NCBI GenBank assembly: GCA_963700285.1
Contig: CAVOXA010000014.1
Span: 352,001-416,000, forward strand
Length of the DNA stretch: 64,000 nt
Direction of reading: 5' to 3'
From: an uncultured Chloroflexia bacterium
GTDB lineage: Bacteria > Chloroflexota > Anaerolineae > JAAYZQ01
In this document: positions 48,559 through 58,955 of the stretch, piece after piece
How the letters are laid out: each line of letters starts with the position of its first letter
Numbering within the stretch: the stretch's first letter is position 1
Made by a program: the position numbers and the translations under genes
The notes under the pieces: model-generated
The model's database searches: none
What the model was told of the DNA's origin: nothing
The model's input: only the letters and a program-made list of their open reading frames with translations

Positions 48559-50002
48559 ATTGCGCCTCCGCCCGTTCGATGATATCACGCAGCGCCCTGG
48601 CGGCTCCTTCCGGCAGAGGTTCCACCTTGTGCTGAGAGAGGATCTCTTCCACCCGCTCAGACGCCCGCTCCTGGAGGCTCTTTCCACCGCTGGCCTGCCA
48701 GCCAGCATAGTTGTCCCGATTCATCAGCGTCGGATACCAGCGCTCGCGAAAATGTTTTAGCGTGTGTTTGCTGTCGAGGTACTGGCCATCGGGGCCGACC
48801 TCGTCGATCAGATCCACGGCCAGGGCTTCGTCGCTGACGTCCACGCCCCGGAGACAGTGGTCAATCCAACCCAAGATCTCGTCGCAGATGGCCAGTTGTG
48901 CCAGAGAATAGCAGAGCCCCGACTCCAGGTAGCCCAGATCGTGGACGATGTGACCGCCGGTCATGGCCGTCACCATGAGGGTCAAGGCCGCCTCGATCCC
49001 GGCCTGCAGGTCCAGACACTTGGAGTCGCTGCAGCCGCCGAGGGCAAACATGGGCAGGCCATAGAAATGGGCCATCGCCTGGGCGATGCCCCGCCGGTCG
49101 GGCTCCGCGTAGGGCTGGACCGTGGTCTTCATGTCCAGCGCGCCGGCACCCCAGCCAGCCATGACGTAAGGCGCTCCCTCGCGCTTGAGCTGAGAGAGTA
49201 CCAGACCCACCAGGGCGCCAACATTCCAGACCACTTGGCACCCGGCTAGGGTGATGGGCGCCGTCGTACCACCCTGTCCTACAGGAATATAGAGTGCCGG
49301 CAGGCCCTTACCCGCCAGGTACAGCAGTTTCTGCAGGGCTTCCTCGTTGTGCCGTAGACCCGTCGTTACGTTGATGTAGCAGGCCACAAAAGGGTTCAGG
49401 CGCAGCGCGTCCGCACCGCCCGCCACCGCCTCCGCCATCTGTACCGCGTCCACGCAACCCGAAAACTCGGTCGTCACAAAGACAATGGGTTTGGTCGTAT
49501 GGTTCAGCATAGCCTCCATCTGGTAGCGATCGGCCACCATCTGGGGCACGTCCACGGGCAGCACCATGGACATCACAAAATCGATGTTCGGCAGCGCATC
49601 GGCCACGGTCATGCCTTCGACGATGTCGTTCAGCACCGGAGCCCGCCGCTCTCCCGTGCGATGGTCGATGATGTTCAGGCAGTCGGAGCCGGGACCAAAG
49701 AAGCTCCGGTAGCCTTCCACCGGCATCACGCGCTCGCCATACCGGTTGCAGAGGACGACACGCCTGGGCACTGTGGTGAAGGCCTTTTCTACCATGCCCG
49801 AAGGGATACGCACCCGATTCCCATCTGATATATGGGCCCCGGCCTGGGATACCAGATCGATGGCCTCCTGCTCGTAGAGGCGGACCCCGGTACGCTCCAG
49901 AACCTCCAGGCTAGCCAAGTGGATCTTTTCACACTGCTCATCCGACATACGCTGAAACTGCGCGCTGAGAAACGTGCGGTCGTTGGTGCGAATGCTCACC
50001 AT
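48551..50002 (-). CDS. MttB-superfamily methyltransferase 4 (non-pyrrolysine)
   Basis: IHLASLEVLE, FGPGSDC, GGCSDSK, HDLGYLESG. Confidence 0.92.
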   Translation of the reverse strand: MVSIRTNDRTFLSAQFQRMSDEQCEKIHLASLEVLERTGVRLYEQEAIDLVSQAGAHISDGNRVRIPSGMVEKAFTTVPRRVVLCNRYGERVMPVEGYRSFFGPGSDCLNIIDHRTGERRAPVLNDIVEGMTVADALPNIDFVMSMVLPVDVPQMVADRYQMEAMLNHTTKPIVFVTTEFSGCVDAVQMAEAVAGGADALRLNPFVACYINVTTGLRHNEEALQKLLYLAGKGLPALYIPVGQGGTTAPITLAGCQVVWNVGALVGLVLSQLKREGAPYVMAGWGAGALDMKTTVQPYAEPDRRGIAQAMAHFYGLPMFALGGCSDSKCLDLQAGIEAALTLMVTAMTGGHIVHDLGYLESGLCYSLAQLAICDEILGWIDHCLRGVDVSDEALAVDLIDEVGPDGQYLDSKHTLKHFRERWYPTLMNRDNYAGWQASGGKSLQERASERVEEILSQHKVEPLPEGAARALRDIIERAEAQYG

Positions 50003-50040
50003 GATTGCCTCCTATGCGTTTGCAGGGCGCCCTTGCCCGG

Positions 50041-51508
50041 CTATGATACGAACCTGATGCTTGCCAGCTCCTTTTCGGCAGCCTTTGCGATCTCGTTGAT
50101 CTTTCGGTGCACGTCCTCCGGCAATGGCGTAGGTTCGTGCGTGGCCAAGATGTCCCGGGCTTTCTGGGTGACGACTTGCTCGTAGGTCGTGCCGCCCCGG
50201 CTCGCCCAGGATTCCGGGCTGTCTCGGTTCACATACTTGGGCTGCCACAGATCTTCCTGGAAATGGGTCTTGGTATGCATGCACCGTCAAAAAGTGCCCA
50301 CCAGGGCCGACCTGACGGATGATATCGACGGCCAGTTTCTCGCGGCTGATATCAAAGCCTCGCACAATACGCTTGACGTAGCTAATGATCTCGGAGCACA
50401 TGACGATGGACGCTGGATTGCTGAGCAGGCCCTGGCCCAGATAACCGACGTCGTGGATCAGGTTGGCCCCATCCAGTGCCGACATGAGCGTGGCAAAGGC
50501 ATGCTCCATGGCCGCCTGGGCGTCCAGCGTATGCGCATCGCTGCCAACCGTCGACCACATGGGCAAGCCATAGTAGTGAAAGATGTCGGCAAAGGCCGAG
50601 TTGGTCAGTCGCACATCGGGGGCGCCATAGCAGATGGTACCCTTTTGCATGTCCAGGGGAGCAGCTACGACACCGGAAACGATGGGCGCGCCCTTGACCC
50701 TGAGCTGGTGCAGGACGATGCCGCTTAGCGCCTCGGCAATGGCCACCACCAGCCCGCCCGCCAGCGTAACGGGGATGCTGGCACCCAGAATGTCACCGGG
50801 TGTGTAGTTGATGGGGACACCCTTCTCAGCACAGAGGAAGAGCTTGCGGACCGCACCCTGAGAGTGCATTAGCGGCGCCGTCGGCTCGGAGTAGTGAATG
50901 AGGAAGGGCTTTTCACGCAAGGCATCCTCGCCGCCAGCCACGGTTGCGGCCATGTCAATAATGACGGCCAGGTCCTCTTTGCCCGCGGCTGTGAAGAACA
51001 TCGGCTTGGTCGAGTTCTCCATCATGGCCTTGGCGCACTCGACATACATGCTGTTGCGAGCCACGTCACTGGGCAGGGCGAAGGAGGCGATAAAGTCAAT
51101 CTCCTGGCAATAGTCAGCAACCCTGGAGGCATTGATCACATCCTGAAGCTTGGATGGCCGGGTCCGTCCGGTCTCCAGGTCTTGGGTGCTGATCAGATCG
51201 GTCCCGAGCCCAAAGTGGATGTTCCTCCCCTCCAGGCGCATGGCTTCCTGCCCTTGCTGGTCATAGATGGTAATGCGTGAGGGGGCGCTGGCGATGCTAT
51301 CCTCTACCAGCCAATTGGGAATCAGGACGTTGTTGCCGCCCCTCACCCGACAGCCGGCGTCTTTTAGCATCTCGATGGCTTCCTGATCAAGCAACCGAAC
51401 GCCCACAGTCTCCAGGACCTCCAGGCTGGCTCGATGTATCTCCTGGATCTGCTCCTCCGTCAGAAGCCTATACTGAGGCACACATTGCGTTCTAACACCA
51501 CTATTCAT
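50041..51508 (-). CDS. MttB-superfamily methyltransferase 5 (one frameshift near 50280)
   Basis: MttB motifs up to GPGGHFL; the family C-terminus (HTKTHF...H.P.PLP) continues in ORF 50041..50280. Confidence 0.85.
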
Positions 51509-51619
51509 GATACTCAATCCTCCCTGATTCGTTGGCTAAAGATTGGCGGAAAGGGGGCCGGCTGGCTGCCTACGGCAGTGCGCCAACCCCTGATGCTCCG
51601 ATAGACAACTTTTCCGCAC

Positions 51620-52900
51620 TCAGCGGGGCATGTCCTCCAATATGCCGAGCAGAGTCTCCACTTCCTCTGCGGTACTATAGTGCACTAGGCCGATGCGAAG
51701 CAGGCCACCCTGCCCTTCCAGGCCCAGGTGTTCGGTCACGGCCAGCGCGTAGAAATTGCCCTCCCAGGCAAAGATGTTAGCCCCTGCCAAACGCTGCGAG
51801 ATCTCGGCCGGTGTCAACCCTTGCATGGTGAAGGAGACCGTGGGCACCCGCTGGTGCAGATGGTCAGGATCTGTGATGCCATAGATGCGCAGACCGTCGA
51901 TGGCTTGCATGCCGGCGAGCAATCGCCGGCAGAGACCGGCCTCATATTCCCGGATCGGCGGCCAGCCCAGCCTTCAGGTCACGCCTCCGCCCCTGAAAGC
52001 CGGGAAACTGCGAGGCGAACTCGGCTCCGAAGCGCTGGCCCACCGACGCCAAATAGTCGACGGCGGCCGTGGTACCGGCCATGGCCTCAAAATTCCGCGG
52101 TGCCGGTCTCAAACTTGTGCGGCGGTACGTTGGCGGCGGGGCGGACTTTGTAGGCGGGCAGGCGGTCCAGCAGCTCGTAGCGCCCGTACAGCATGCCCTG
52201 GTGGGGGCCAAAGAACTTGTAGGCCGAACAGACGAGAAAGTCACAGTCCAGCGCCTGGACGTCGATGGGGCCATGGGGCGCATAGTGTACCGCATCGACG
52301 TAGACCCAGGCACCCGACAGCGTGAGCCAGGTCGGCACGCAAGACGCACATCGTTGATGGTGCCCACGGCGTTCGAGGCATAGCCCAGCGCCACCACTTT
52401 GGTGCGCGGATTGATGGCCGCTTCCAGAGCATCCAGGTCCAGCGTGCAGTCAATGGGATCAAAGTCGACCTAGCGGATGATCGCGCCACGCTCCTGCAGG
52501 GCCAACCAGGGCGCGATGTTGGCATCGTGGTCCAGGCGGGTGACGACGATCTCGTCGCCTGGGGAGAGAGTGCGGCCGATGGCCCGGCTGATGTTGAAGG
52601 TCAGGGTCGTCATATTCGGGCCAAAGACGATCTCGTTCGGGATCTTGGGCGTTCAACAAAATCAGCTACAGCTTGCCGGGCGGCATGGACCGTCTCATCG
52701 GTGCGGTCGCTGTAGAGAAAGCCGCCATGGACGTTACTGTTGGCCTCGGTCAGGTACCGGGACATGGCATCGATGACCGAGCCATGAACCTGCGTGCCAC
52801 CCGGACCATCGAGGAAGACGAGGGGGCGGCCGGCCGCAGTTTGCTGCAGTGCGGGAAACTCGGTCCGAAGCTCCGCTATTGCCTGTTGGGTCAGTGCCAT
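51620..52900 (-). pseudogene. Cysteine desulfurase-like class V PLP enzyme, disrupted
   Basis: LDGPGGTQV, DAVHYAPH, CSAYKFFGPH, FETGT and RVPTVSF are spread over several frames; in-frame TAG at 52470-52472. Confidence 0.8.
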
Positions 52901-52976
52901 TGATGATCCTTTCACTAGTTATGTACAGTATGCGAATCGCGGTCTTTTTTTGGGGCTTTCGCCCTGGAGCTGCGTA

Positions 52977-53138
52977 ACGGCGCTGAAGCGCCTACTACGA
53001 ACGGGTGCTGCTCCGGACTGGGCCACGGCGCTGAAGCGCCTACTACGAACGGGTGCTGCTCCGGACTGGGCCACGGCGCTGAAGCGCCTACTACGAACGG
53101 GTGCTGCTCTTGGCTAGGCCACGGCGCTGAAGCGCCTA
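52977..53138. repeat. 48-bp tandem repeat (3 full units plus a partial one) of a GTAG-type REP-like hairpin
   Basis: Unit acggcgctgaagcgcctactacgaacgggtgctgctccggactgggcc starts at 52977, 53025, 53073 and 53121. Confidence 0.9.
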
Positions 53139-54395
53139 TTGGCTCGCCTTGAGTGCTTGGTCCAGATCCTCTTTCAGGTCATCCACGTTCTCGATACCGA
53201 CCGACATGCGGAAGGTGCCGGGGCCAATGCCGATCTCTGCCAACTCCTCGTCGCTGAGCCAGTGGTGCGTTGTCCGGGCCGGGTTGACGATGATGGAGTA
53301 GACGTCGCCCAGGGTCGTAGCAGGCAGGATGAGCCCCAGCGCATCGAGAAAACGAAATGCCTTGTCCTTGTCGCAGCCAGCGATATCAAAGTTCAGCATG
53401 GCCCCGTACCGGTCTTCAGGAAAGAGGCGCCTGGCCGTTTCGGACTGAGGATGGCTGGCCAAACCCGGATAGCGTACCTGGTCGATGAGCGGGTGGCTTT
53501 CCAGGAACCGGGCCACCTCCAGGGCATTGGCGCAGTGCCTCTCCATCCTCAGGGCGAAAGTCTTGAGGCCGCGGAGGGCCAGCCAGGCTTCGTTCGGTCC
53601 CAGCGTGCTGCCCACCTGGATCAGCATGTCGTGGAGCTTGTCAAAGTCCTTGCGATAGCAGCTCACCGATCCGGCCAGCACATCCCCGTGACCGGAGAGG
53701 AACTTGCTTACGCTGTGGCTCACGTAATCAGCGCCGTGTTCAAAGGGCCTGAACAGGTATGGTGTGGTGAAGGTATTATCGACAACCACGGAAGCGCCGT
53801 AGCGATGGGCCATCTCTATTACCGCGGGCGCGTCAATCACCTTGGTCATTGGGTTGGTGACAACTTCGAAGTAGACCACCCTGGGCGGATCGTGCCTCAT
53901 GGTATCCTCCAGCCTATCCAGGTCTGTGAAGTCCATGAGGATGCTGCGTCCACCCAGATGGGGAAAGATGTTCTCGACCATGGTATAGACGCTACCGTAG
54001 ACGTCGCTGGAGCAAAGGATGAGTTCATCCTGCCCGGCGCCCGCAGCCAGCAGAGCCAGGTGACTGGCAGCCATGCCTGAGGAGCAGACGTGGGTGACCT
54101 CGGCGCCCTCCAACGTGGACAGCGCCCGTTCCAACGTCGCATTGGTGGGCGAGCCACCGCGACTGTAGACGTAGCCCGGCTTCCGGTAGTAGACACGATC
54201 GTCGAGGTCTTGCGCGCTGTCGTAGAAAAAAGTTGTCGAATTGTGGATCGGCGTGCTGGAAGTCCAGAAATATTGCTTCTCCCAGCGCTCGCCGGCGTGC
54301 AGGGCCTGGGTCGCCAGGTCCTTGTCCGCATAGCGCTTGTCAGCTCGCCGGTGCTCCGAATGCATCGGTTTGTCAGTATACTCCCACTTGGCCAT
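53136..54395 (-). CDS. Cys/Met metabolism PLP enzyme (methionine gamma-lyase/cystathionine lyase family)
   Basis: YSR..SPT, SSGMAA, DNTF, SVSKFLSGHGDVLAG, TLGDV, RMSVGIE. Confidence 0.9.
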   Translation of the reverse strand: MAKWEYTDKPMHSEHRRADKRYADKDLATQALHAGERWEKQYFWTSSTPIHNSTTFFYDSAQDLDDRVYYRKPGYVYSRGGSPTNATLERALSTLEGAEVTHVCSSGMAASHLALLAAGAGQDELILCSSDVYGSVYTMVENIFPHLGGRSILMDFTDLDRLEDTMRHDPPRVVYFEVVTNPMTKVIDAPAVIEMAHRYGASVVVDNTFTTPYLFRPFEHGADYVSHSVSKFLSGHGDVLAGSVSCYRKDFDKLHDMLIQVGSTLGPNEAWLALRGLKTFALRMERHCANALEVARFLESHPLIDQVRYPGLASHPQSETARRLFPEDRYGAMLNFDIAGCDKDKAFRFLDALGLILPATTLGDVYSIIVNPARTTHHWLSDEELAEIGIGPGTFRMSVGIENVDDLKEDLDQALKASQ

Positions 54396-54445
54396 GAGAA
54401 AAACCTCTCTTCAAGTCTCGATGATTTTAGGCAAAAGCTCTGCGC

Positions 54446-55456
54446 TCACATGTCACGCGGATCTCGATAGTAGACGAGCGGTGTGCCAACACCCTTCTCG
54501 AGCGCTTTTTGGTAGGCGAGATGGCCCAGGACGATATCGCTGATGGCGAAACCCTTATGCCAGAAGAGAATGCGCTCGTCGTCGGAGGTGCGGCCAGGCT
54601 TGAGCCCAGCCACAATCTCGCCGATCTCACCATAGATGTGTTCGGTGCGCAGCTCGCCCGCCTGAACCATTTCGGCAAACTGGCCGTACTGTGACTGCTG
54701 GCATTGGTTCCAGTCGTCCACCACCATCTTGTCCACGGAAAAGGGCAAGGTAGGCGCGACGGACAAGACTGCGCCATAGGGCTGCACCAGGGCTCCGGGT
54801 TTCACCCATTCATCTCTCACGAGTACCTGGTGCTCCAGGAGGCGTGAGGCATCGATGATGATGTCGGCGTCGCGAACCGTCGCCTCGCACGTATCCATGG
54901 CCAGCACCGGCTTGCCCAGCAGGGCAGACATTTCGGCGGCGAACCGCTCTCGGGACTCGGGCCGCTTGCTGGTGATCCGGATCTCCTCAAAGTCGAACAG
55001 CATGTCCAGCATGGGTACATTGTATCTGGCGGTACCGCGAGCGCCGATGTGGCCCAGGACACGCGGCTTTTCGCTGGCCAAGAACTTGGCGCCAACGGCC
55101 GTCACGGCCCCGGTGCGCATCCAAGTGATGAGCGTGGCATCCATGATGGCCATGGGAGCGCCTGTCTCGGCGCGCATGAGGGTGAGGAGGGCAAGCTCTG
55201 AGGGCAGCCCGTACTCGTAGTTCTTCTGAAAGTCGCTGATAACCTTGACCCCGCACACGTTGACCGGCTCAACGTAGCCCTTGAGGATGTTGAACAGCTT
55301 CTCGGGATAGTCGAGCACCAGGTGATCCTTGGAGGGCATGATCACCCGCTGCTGGCCATGGGCTCTCAGCCCGGCTTCGATGACATCCACAATCTCTTCC
55401 AATCCCAGATCCAGGGACTCGACGTCCTCTTTGGATAGAAAAAGTAGTTCTATCAA
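54446..55456 (-). CDS. Ornithine cyclodeaminase/mu-crystallin (imine reductase) family
   Basis: GVKVI, ITWMRTGA, IGARGTA, GEIGEIVAG..PGR, G.AI.D. Confidence 0.9.
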   Translation of the reverse strand: MIELLFLSKEDVESLDLGLEEIVDVIEAGLRAHGQQRVIMPSKDHLVLDYPEKLFNILKGYVEPVNVCGVKVISDFQKNYEYGLPSELALLTLMRAETGAPMAIMDATLITWMRTGAVTAVGAKFLASEKPRVLGHIGARGTARYNVPMLDMLFDFEEIRITSKRPESRERFAAEMSALLGKPVLAMDTCEATVRDADIIIDASRLLEHQVLVRDEWVKPGALVQPYGAVLSVAPTLPFSVDKMVVDDWNQCQQSQYGQFAEMVQAGELRTEHIYGEIGEIVAGLKPGRTSDDERILFWHKGFAISDIVLGHLAYQKALEKGVGTPLVYYRDPRDM

Positions 55457-55468
55457 CTGGTCACTCTC

Positions 55469-56380
55469 CTATGCCCCAGCTCGCGCCAGGATAAAGTCCA
55501 CAAAACTGACGATGGGGTCAAAGCCGATCACGCTGGGCGCATCGGCCACAAAGTTGGACAATGGGTTGATGTCATAGTAGTAGGCCCGTCCGTCCCGCTC
55601 GCTGACCAGGTATTCCACACTGCCAAGGTCTGCCCTGGAGGCGGCAAGGATCTGCTTGACTTCCTCCACGATCTCTGACGGGGGTGAAAATGCTTCGACG
55701 GACAGATCTGGATTTTCGACATTGCAGCCATCGGCCGGGCAGTAGTTAAAGCTGTCGGCGGCCATCGGCAGACGGATCGCGTACAGCAACTGGTCGCCCA
55801 AGATCTCGACGCGGATGATCTGCCTGCCCGTGGCGGGCAGGCATTCTTGAACCAGGCCCGTATGGTCGATGCCTAGATCGAGCGTTCCGGCCTCGACGGC
55901 CAGCGCGAGTTCGTCGAGGTCCTCGAATCTACCGATGCCGACACCACTGCCGCCGATGTTGGGCTTGACCAGGATGGGGAAAGTGAGGCCGCTGGCGGCC
56001 TGCAATGCTTGCCGGGAATGGTGAAACACACGCGCCCTGGGGTAGTGCAGGCCGAGACGCTCAAAGATAGCAAGCTGCATGGCCTTGGATGCACCGATCA
56101 GATAGGAATGGTAGCCGTTGACGACCTCCGCCCCAATGCTCTCCAGGTAGGCCAGGTACTGCTGGATGTACAGGACGACCTGCGGATGGGCACCCCCCGA
56201 AGGATAGGCGCTGACACGATTGACGACGAGAGCGTAGGGACACTCGCGCAAAGAAGGATCATAGAAGTGATCGGGCACAAACTCCCTCACATAGGGTACA
56301 TTGCGCCGATCCAGCTCGGAAAAGAGCGGCTCAAACCACTGGGGATGCTCGTAGAGTACGGCTATGGGCTTCTCAGACAT
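55469..56380 (-). CDS. ATP-grasp (RimK/GshB-like) protein
   Basis: FPILVKPNIGGSG, LVQE, VEY, YYDIN..SNF. Confidence 0.8.
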   Translation of the reverse strand: MSEKPIAVLYEHPQWFEPLFSELDRRNVPYVREFVPDHFYDPSLRECPYALVVNRVSAYPSGGAHPQVVLYIQQYLAYLESIGAEVVNGYHSYLIGASKAMQLAIFERLGLHYPRARVFHHSRQALQAASGLTFPILVKPNIGGSGVGIGRFEDLDELALAVEAGTLDLGIDHTGLVQECLPATGRQIIRVEILGDQLLYAIRLPMAADSFNYCPADGCNVENPDLSVEAFSPPSEIVEEVKQILAASRADLGSVEYLVSERDGRAYYYDINPLSNFVADAPSVIGFDPIVSFVDFILARAGA

Positions 56381-57161
56381 GTCCATAGTAGTCGCGGTGC
56401 ACCGCCGCCGAGTAGGCATAGTCCAGGAGCGTCCCCCAGCTAAAAACCGGGATCTCTATCTCTCGCTGCAGCGCCCGGGCAAAGGGCTGCATGCCAGTGC
56501 ACTCTAGAACCATGGCCCCCATGTTGGGATAGTCATGGAAGAAGGCAGTCGCCACGGCCAAGAACTCTTGCTCTGCTCTATCATAGTAGGCTTCCGGTGG
56601 GTCTGGGCGCGTGGATTCAAGCCAGAGATTGTCAAACTGTGGGCAACGCCCATACTCCTCGATGCCGCCCAGCACATAGTTAGTGTCAGGTTGAATGCCC
56701 ACTGCCGCAAGATGGCCGGCGGTCATGTCTTTTTTCGACGATGCGAATAACCCAACCAGCCTATTCGAACCAATGAGCTGTTGGGCCCAAGACACCTGGA
56801 GAAGGCTGGACATGAAGACTGGTACATCGACGTGCCTGGCTATCTCTTTTTGGAAATAGGCGAAATAGCCGCACTCGGCAGCGATGGCCCGACAACCGAT
56901 CTCTTCCAGTTTTTTGGCCGCCCGCTGGATGGGCGCGAGGCAGGGCGACTTGTCCTCCTCGTCGACCAGGGCCACGATGTCGACGCCTTCCGCGACCTCG
57001 TACTGGATGGGGAAAGGATAGGCACTGGCGTTCCGGACGTCGCCGGGAAAGCCCGGGTAGGACTCGTCCAGGATGATGATACCCAGGCCCATGCCGTAAC
57101 AGCGGTGATCCCGCCGGGCTCTGATATGGTTGAGGCCCATATCACGATTCTGGTACATCAT
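56373..57161 (-). CDS. Asp/Glu/hydantoin racemase family protein B
   Basis: Close paralogue of 44878..45663; AECGYF and LECTGM. Confidence 0.8.
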   Translation of the reverse strand: MMYQNRDMGLNHIRARRDHRCYGMGLGIIILDESYPGFPGDVRNASAYPFPIQYEVAEGVDIVALVDEEDKSPCLAPIQRAAKKLEEIGCRAIAAECGYFAYFQKEIARHVDVPVFMSSLLQVSWAQQLIGSNRLVGLFASSKKDMTAGHLAAVGIQPDTNYVLGGIEEYGRCPQFDNLWLESTRPDPPEAYYDRAEQEFLAVATAFFHDYPNMGAMVLECTGMQPFARALQREIEIPVFSWGTLLDYAYSAAVHRDYYGHV

Positions 57162-57297
57162 CTACCCTCACGTCCAGGCAATCGCTGCCCGGGGTTGGCG
57201 AACAGATAGAGCAGCCCTGCCGAGCGTGTTCCAGTGCTCTATGTGCCCGGCAGGCTGCACAGTATACACCTACTGGAGAACGTTGGCAAGGTTGGCG

Positions 57298-58749
57298 TCA
57301 GGCAAATGATTCTTCTGCACGCTGAACCACGGCATGAATCGCCTGCACCACATCCTGGGGCAGCAGCTCTGGCTCGTGCTTCTCGAGGATCTTGACGACG
57401 CGATCCACAGCCCTCTCAGCCAGGCTCTGGCCTCCGGCGGCCTGCCACTGGGCATAATTGCCGCGTTCAAACACGCCAGGATACCACCGCTCTTTGAAAT
57501 GGGCCATGGTATGCCTCTCGCCAAGGAAGGAGCCATCAGGACCCAACTCGTCGATGAGGTCCAGCGCCAGGGTTTCGTCACTGATCTCGATGGGCCCCAG
57601 CAGGTGAGCGATCCAGTCTACGATCTGGTCGCATATGACCAATTGGGCCAACGAGCCACAGAGCCCCGACTCCAGATACCCCAGATCGTGGATCAAGTGC
57701 GCCCCGCCCAGCGTCTCGGCCATCAGTGTCAAGGCTGCCTCAGCAGCAGCTTGCCCGTCCACCAGCTTTGACTCGCTGCAGCCGCCGATGCCGAACATGG
57801 GCAGCCGGTAGTGCTGAGCAAGGGCATGGGCCATGCCCTTGGGGTCCGGCGCGCAATAGGGGCTGACCATGGTACGCATGTCGAGTCCTTCACCGCCCCA
57901 GCCAGGTACAATGTAGGGCGCTCCCTCGCGCTTGAGTTGAGAGAGGACCAAGCCGATGAGTACTCCGGCATTGACCAGGGCCATCCCAGCCGCGGGAGTG
58001 ACGGGTCCGTTGATGCCACAGTCGACAACAGGGATGTACAGAAAAGGAAGCCCCTTGCCGGCCAGGAAGAGCAGCTTCTGCAACGCCTCTTCGTTGTGGC
58101 GCAGGCCACTGGTGACATTGATGTAGCAGGCAGCCGAAGGCTTCAGCATGAGGGCCTCAGCCCCACCTGCGGCGATTTCGGACATCTCGACGGCGTCCAC
58201 ACAACCGGAGAACTCGTTGGTGACAAAGATGATGGGCTTGGTCGTATAGTTGAGCATGGCTTCCATCTGGTAGCGATCGCTGACCATGTCATTCACGTCA
58301 GAGGGCAAGAACATGGACATGACGAAATCGACGTGAGGCAGCGCATCACAGACGACCATGCCGTCAACGATATCCTGCAAGACTGGCTTACGGCGCTCTC
58401 CAGTGCGATGATCGATTATGTTCAGGCAGTCGGATCCGGTCCCGTAGTAGCAGTTGCCCTCCTCCAGGAACAGCGAGGCATGACCACTGCGGTCGTAGAG
58501 CGTCACCCGCTTGGGCACCGTGCTAAAGGCCTTCTCAACAAGACCCGCCGGGACGCGCACGAGGTTGCCGTCGGACACCGAAGCTCCGGCACCCTGAAGC
58601 AGATCAATTGCCTCCTGATCGTAGAGCCGCGCCCCGGTGCGGGCGAGGATTTCGAGGCTGGCGTTGTGCAGTCTGCGGCACTGCTCTTCTGAGACACGAC
58701 TGTACTGTGCCCCACCATGAATCCGGTCGTTAAGTCGAATGCTTGCCAC
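57298..58749 (-). CDS. MttB-superfamily methyltransferase 6 (non-pyrrolysine)
   Basis: 483 aa, closest to MttB4; GGCSESK, HDLGYLESG. Confidence 0.92.
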   Translation of the reverse strand: MASIRLNDRIHGGAQYSRVSEEQCRRLHNASLEILARTGARLYDQEAIDLLQGAGASVSDGNLVRVPAGLVEKAFSTVPKRVTLYDRSGHASLFLEEGNCYYGTGSDCLNIIDHRTGERRKPVLQDIVDGMVVCDALPHVDFVMSMFLPSDVNDMVSDRYQMEAMLNYTTKPIIFVTNEFSGCVDAVEMSEIAAGGAEALMLKPSAACYINVTSGLRHNEEALQKLLFLAGKGLPFLYIPVVDCGINGPVTPAAGMALVNAGVLIGLVLSQLKREGAPYIVPGWGGEGLDMRTMVSPYCAPDPKGMAHALAQHYRLPMFGIGGCSESKLVDGQAAAEAALTLMAETLGGAHLIHDLGYLESGLCGSLAQLVICDQIVDWIAHLLGPIEISDETLALDLIDELGPDGSFLGERHTMAHFKERWYPGVFERGNYAQWQAAGGQSLAERAVDRVVKILEKHEPELLPQDVVQAIHAVVQRAEESFA

Positions 58750-58828
58750 TTAGAATCTCCTTTGTCGCATTGCCGAGTTTTCCTTGCAGCGTGACCATTC
58801 ACAGAATGTGCCACGGCTTCTTGCTCAG

Positions 58829-58893
58829 ACCTGGTCCATGACCAGGTAGTTTATGGCTTCTTCAGCAGATGCAACTGGTCACGGACCAGTTGC
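58829..58893. promoter_or_regulatory. Two tandem palindromes (A)CTGGTC-N3-GACCAG(T) upstream of MttB6
   Basis: acctggtc-cat-gaccaggt (58829-58847) and gcaactggtc-acg-gaccagttgc (58871-58893). Confidence 0.6.
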
Positions 58894-58955
58894 GAGCAAA
58901 TGATAGGCTCGGACCAGTCGTGTGAAACCAGAGCACCAATTCGTTGCAGAACGGG

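Noticed and set aside
52470-52472. In-frame TAG near MttB genes as a pyrrolysine codon
   Set aside because: It is in the desulfurase-like gene at a probable Trp position (TGG>TAG), that gene is also frameshifted, no MttB has an amber codon, and no pyl genes are present.
52977-53138. CRISPR array
   Set aside because: The linkers between hairpins are identical or nearly so rather than unique spacers, and there are no cas genes.
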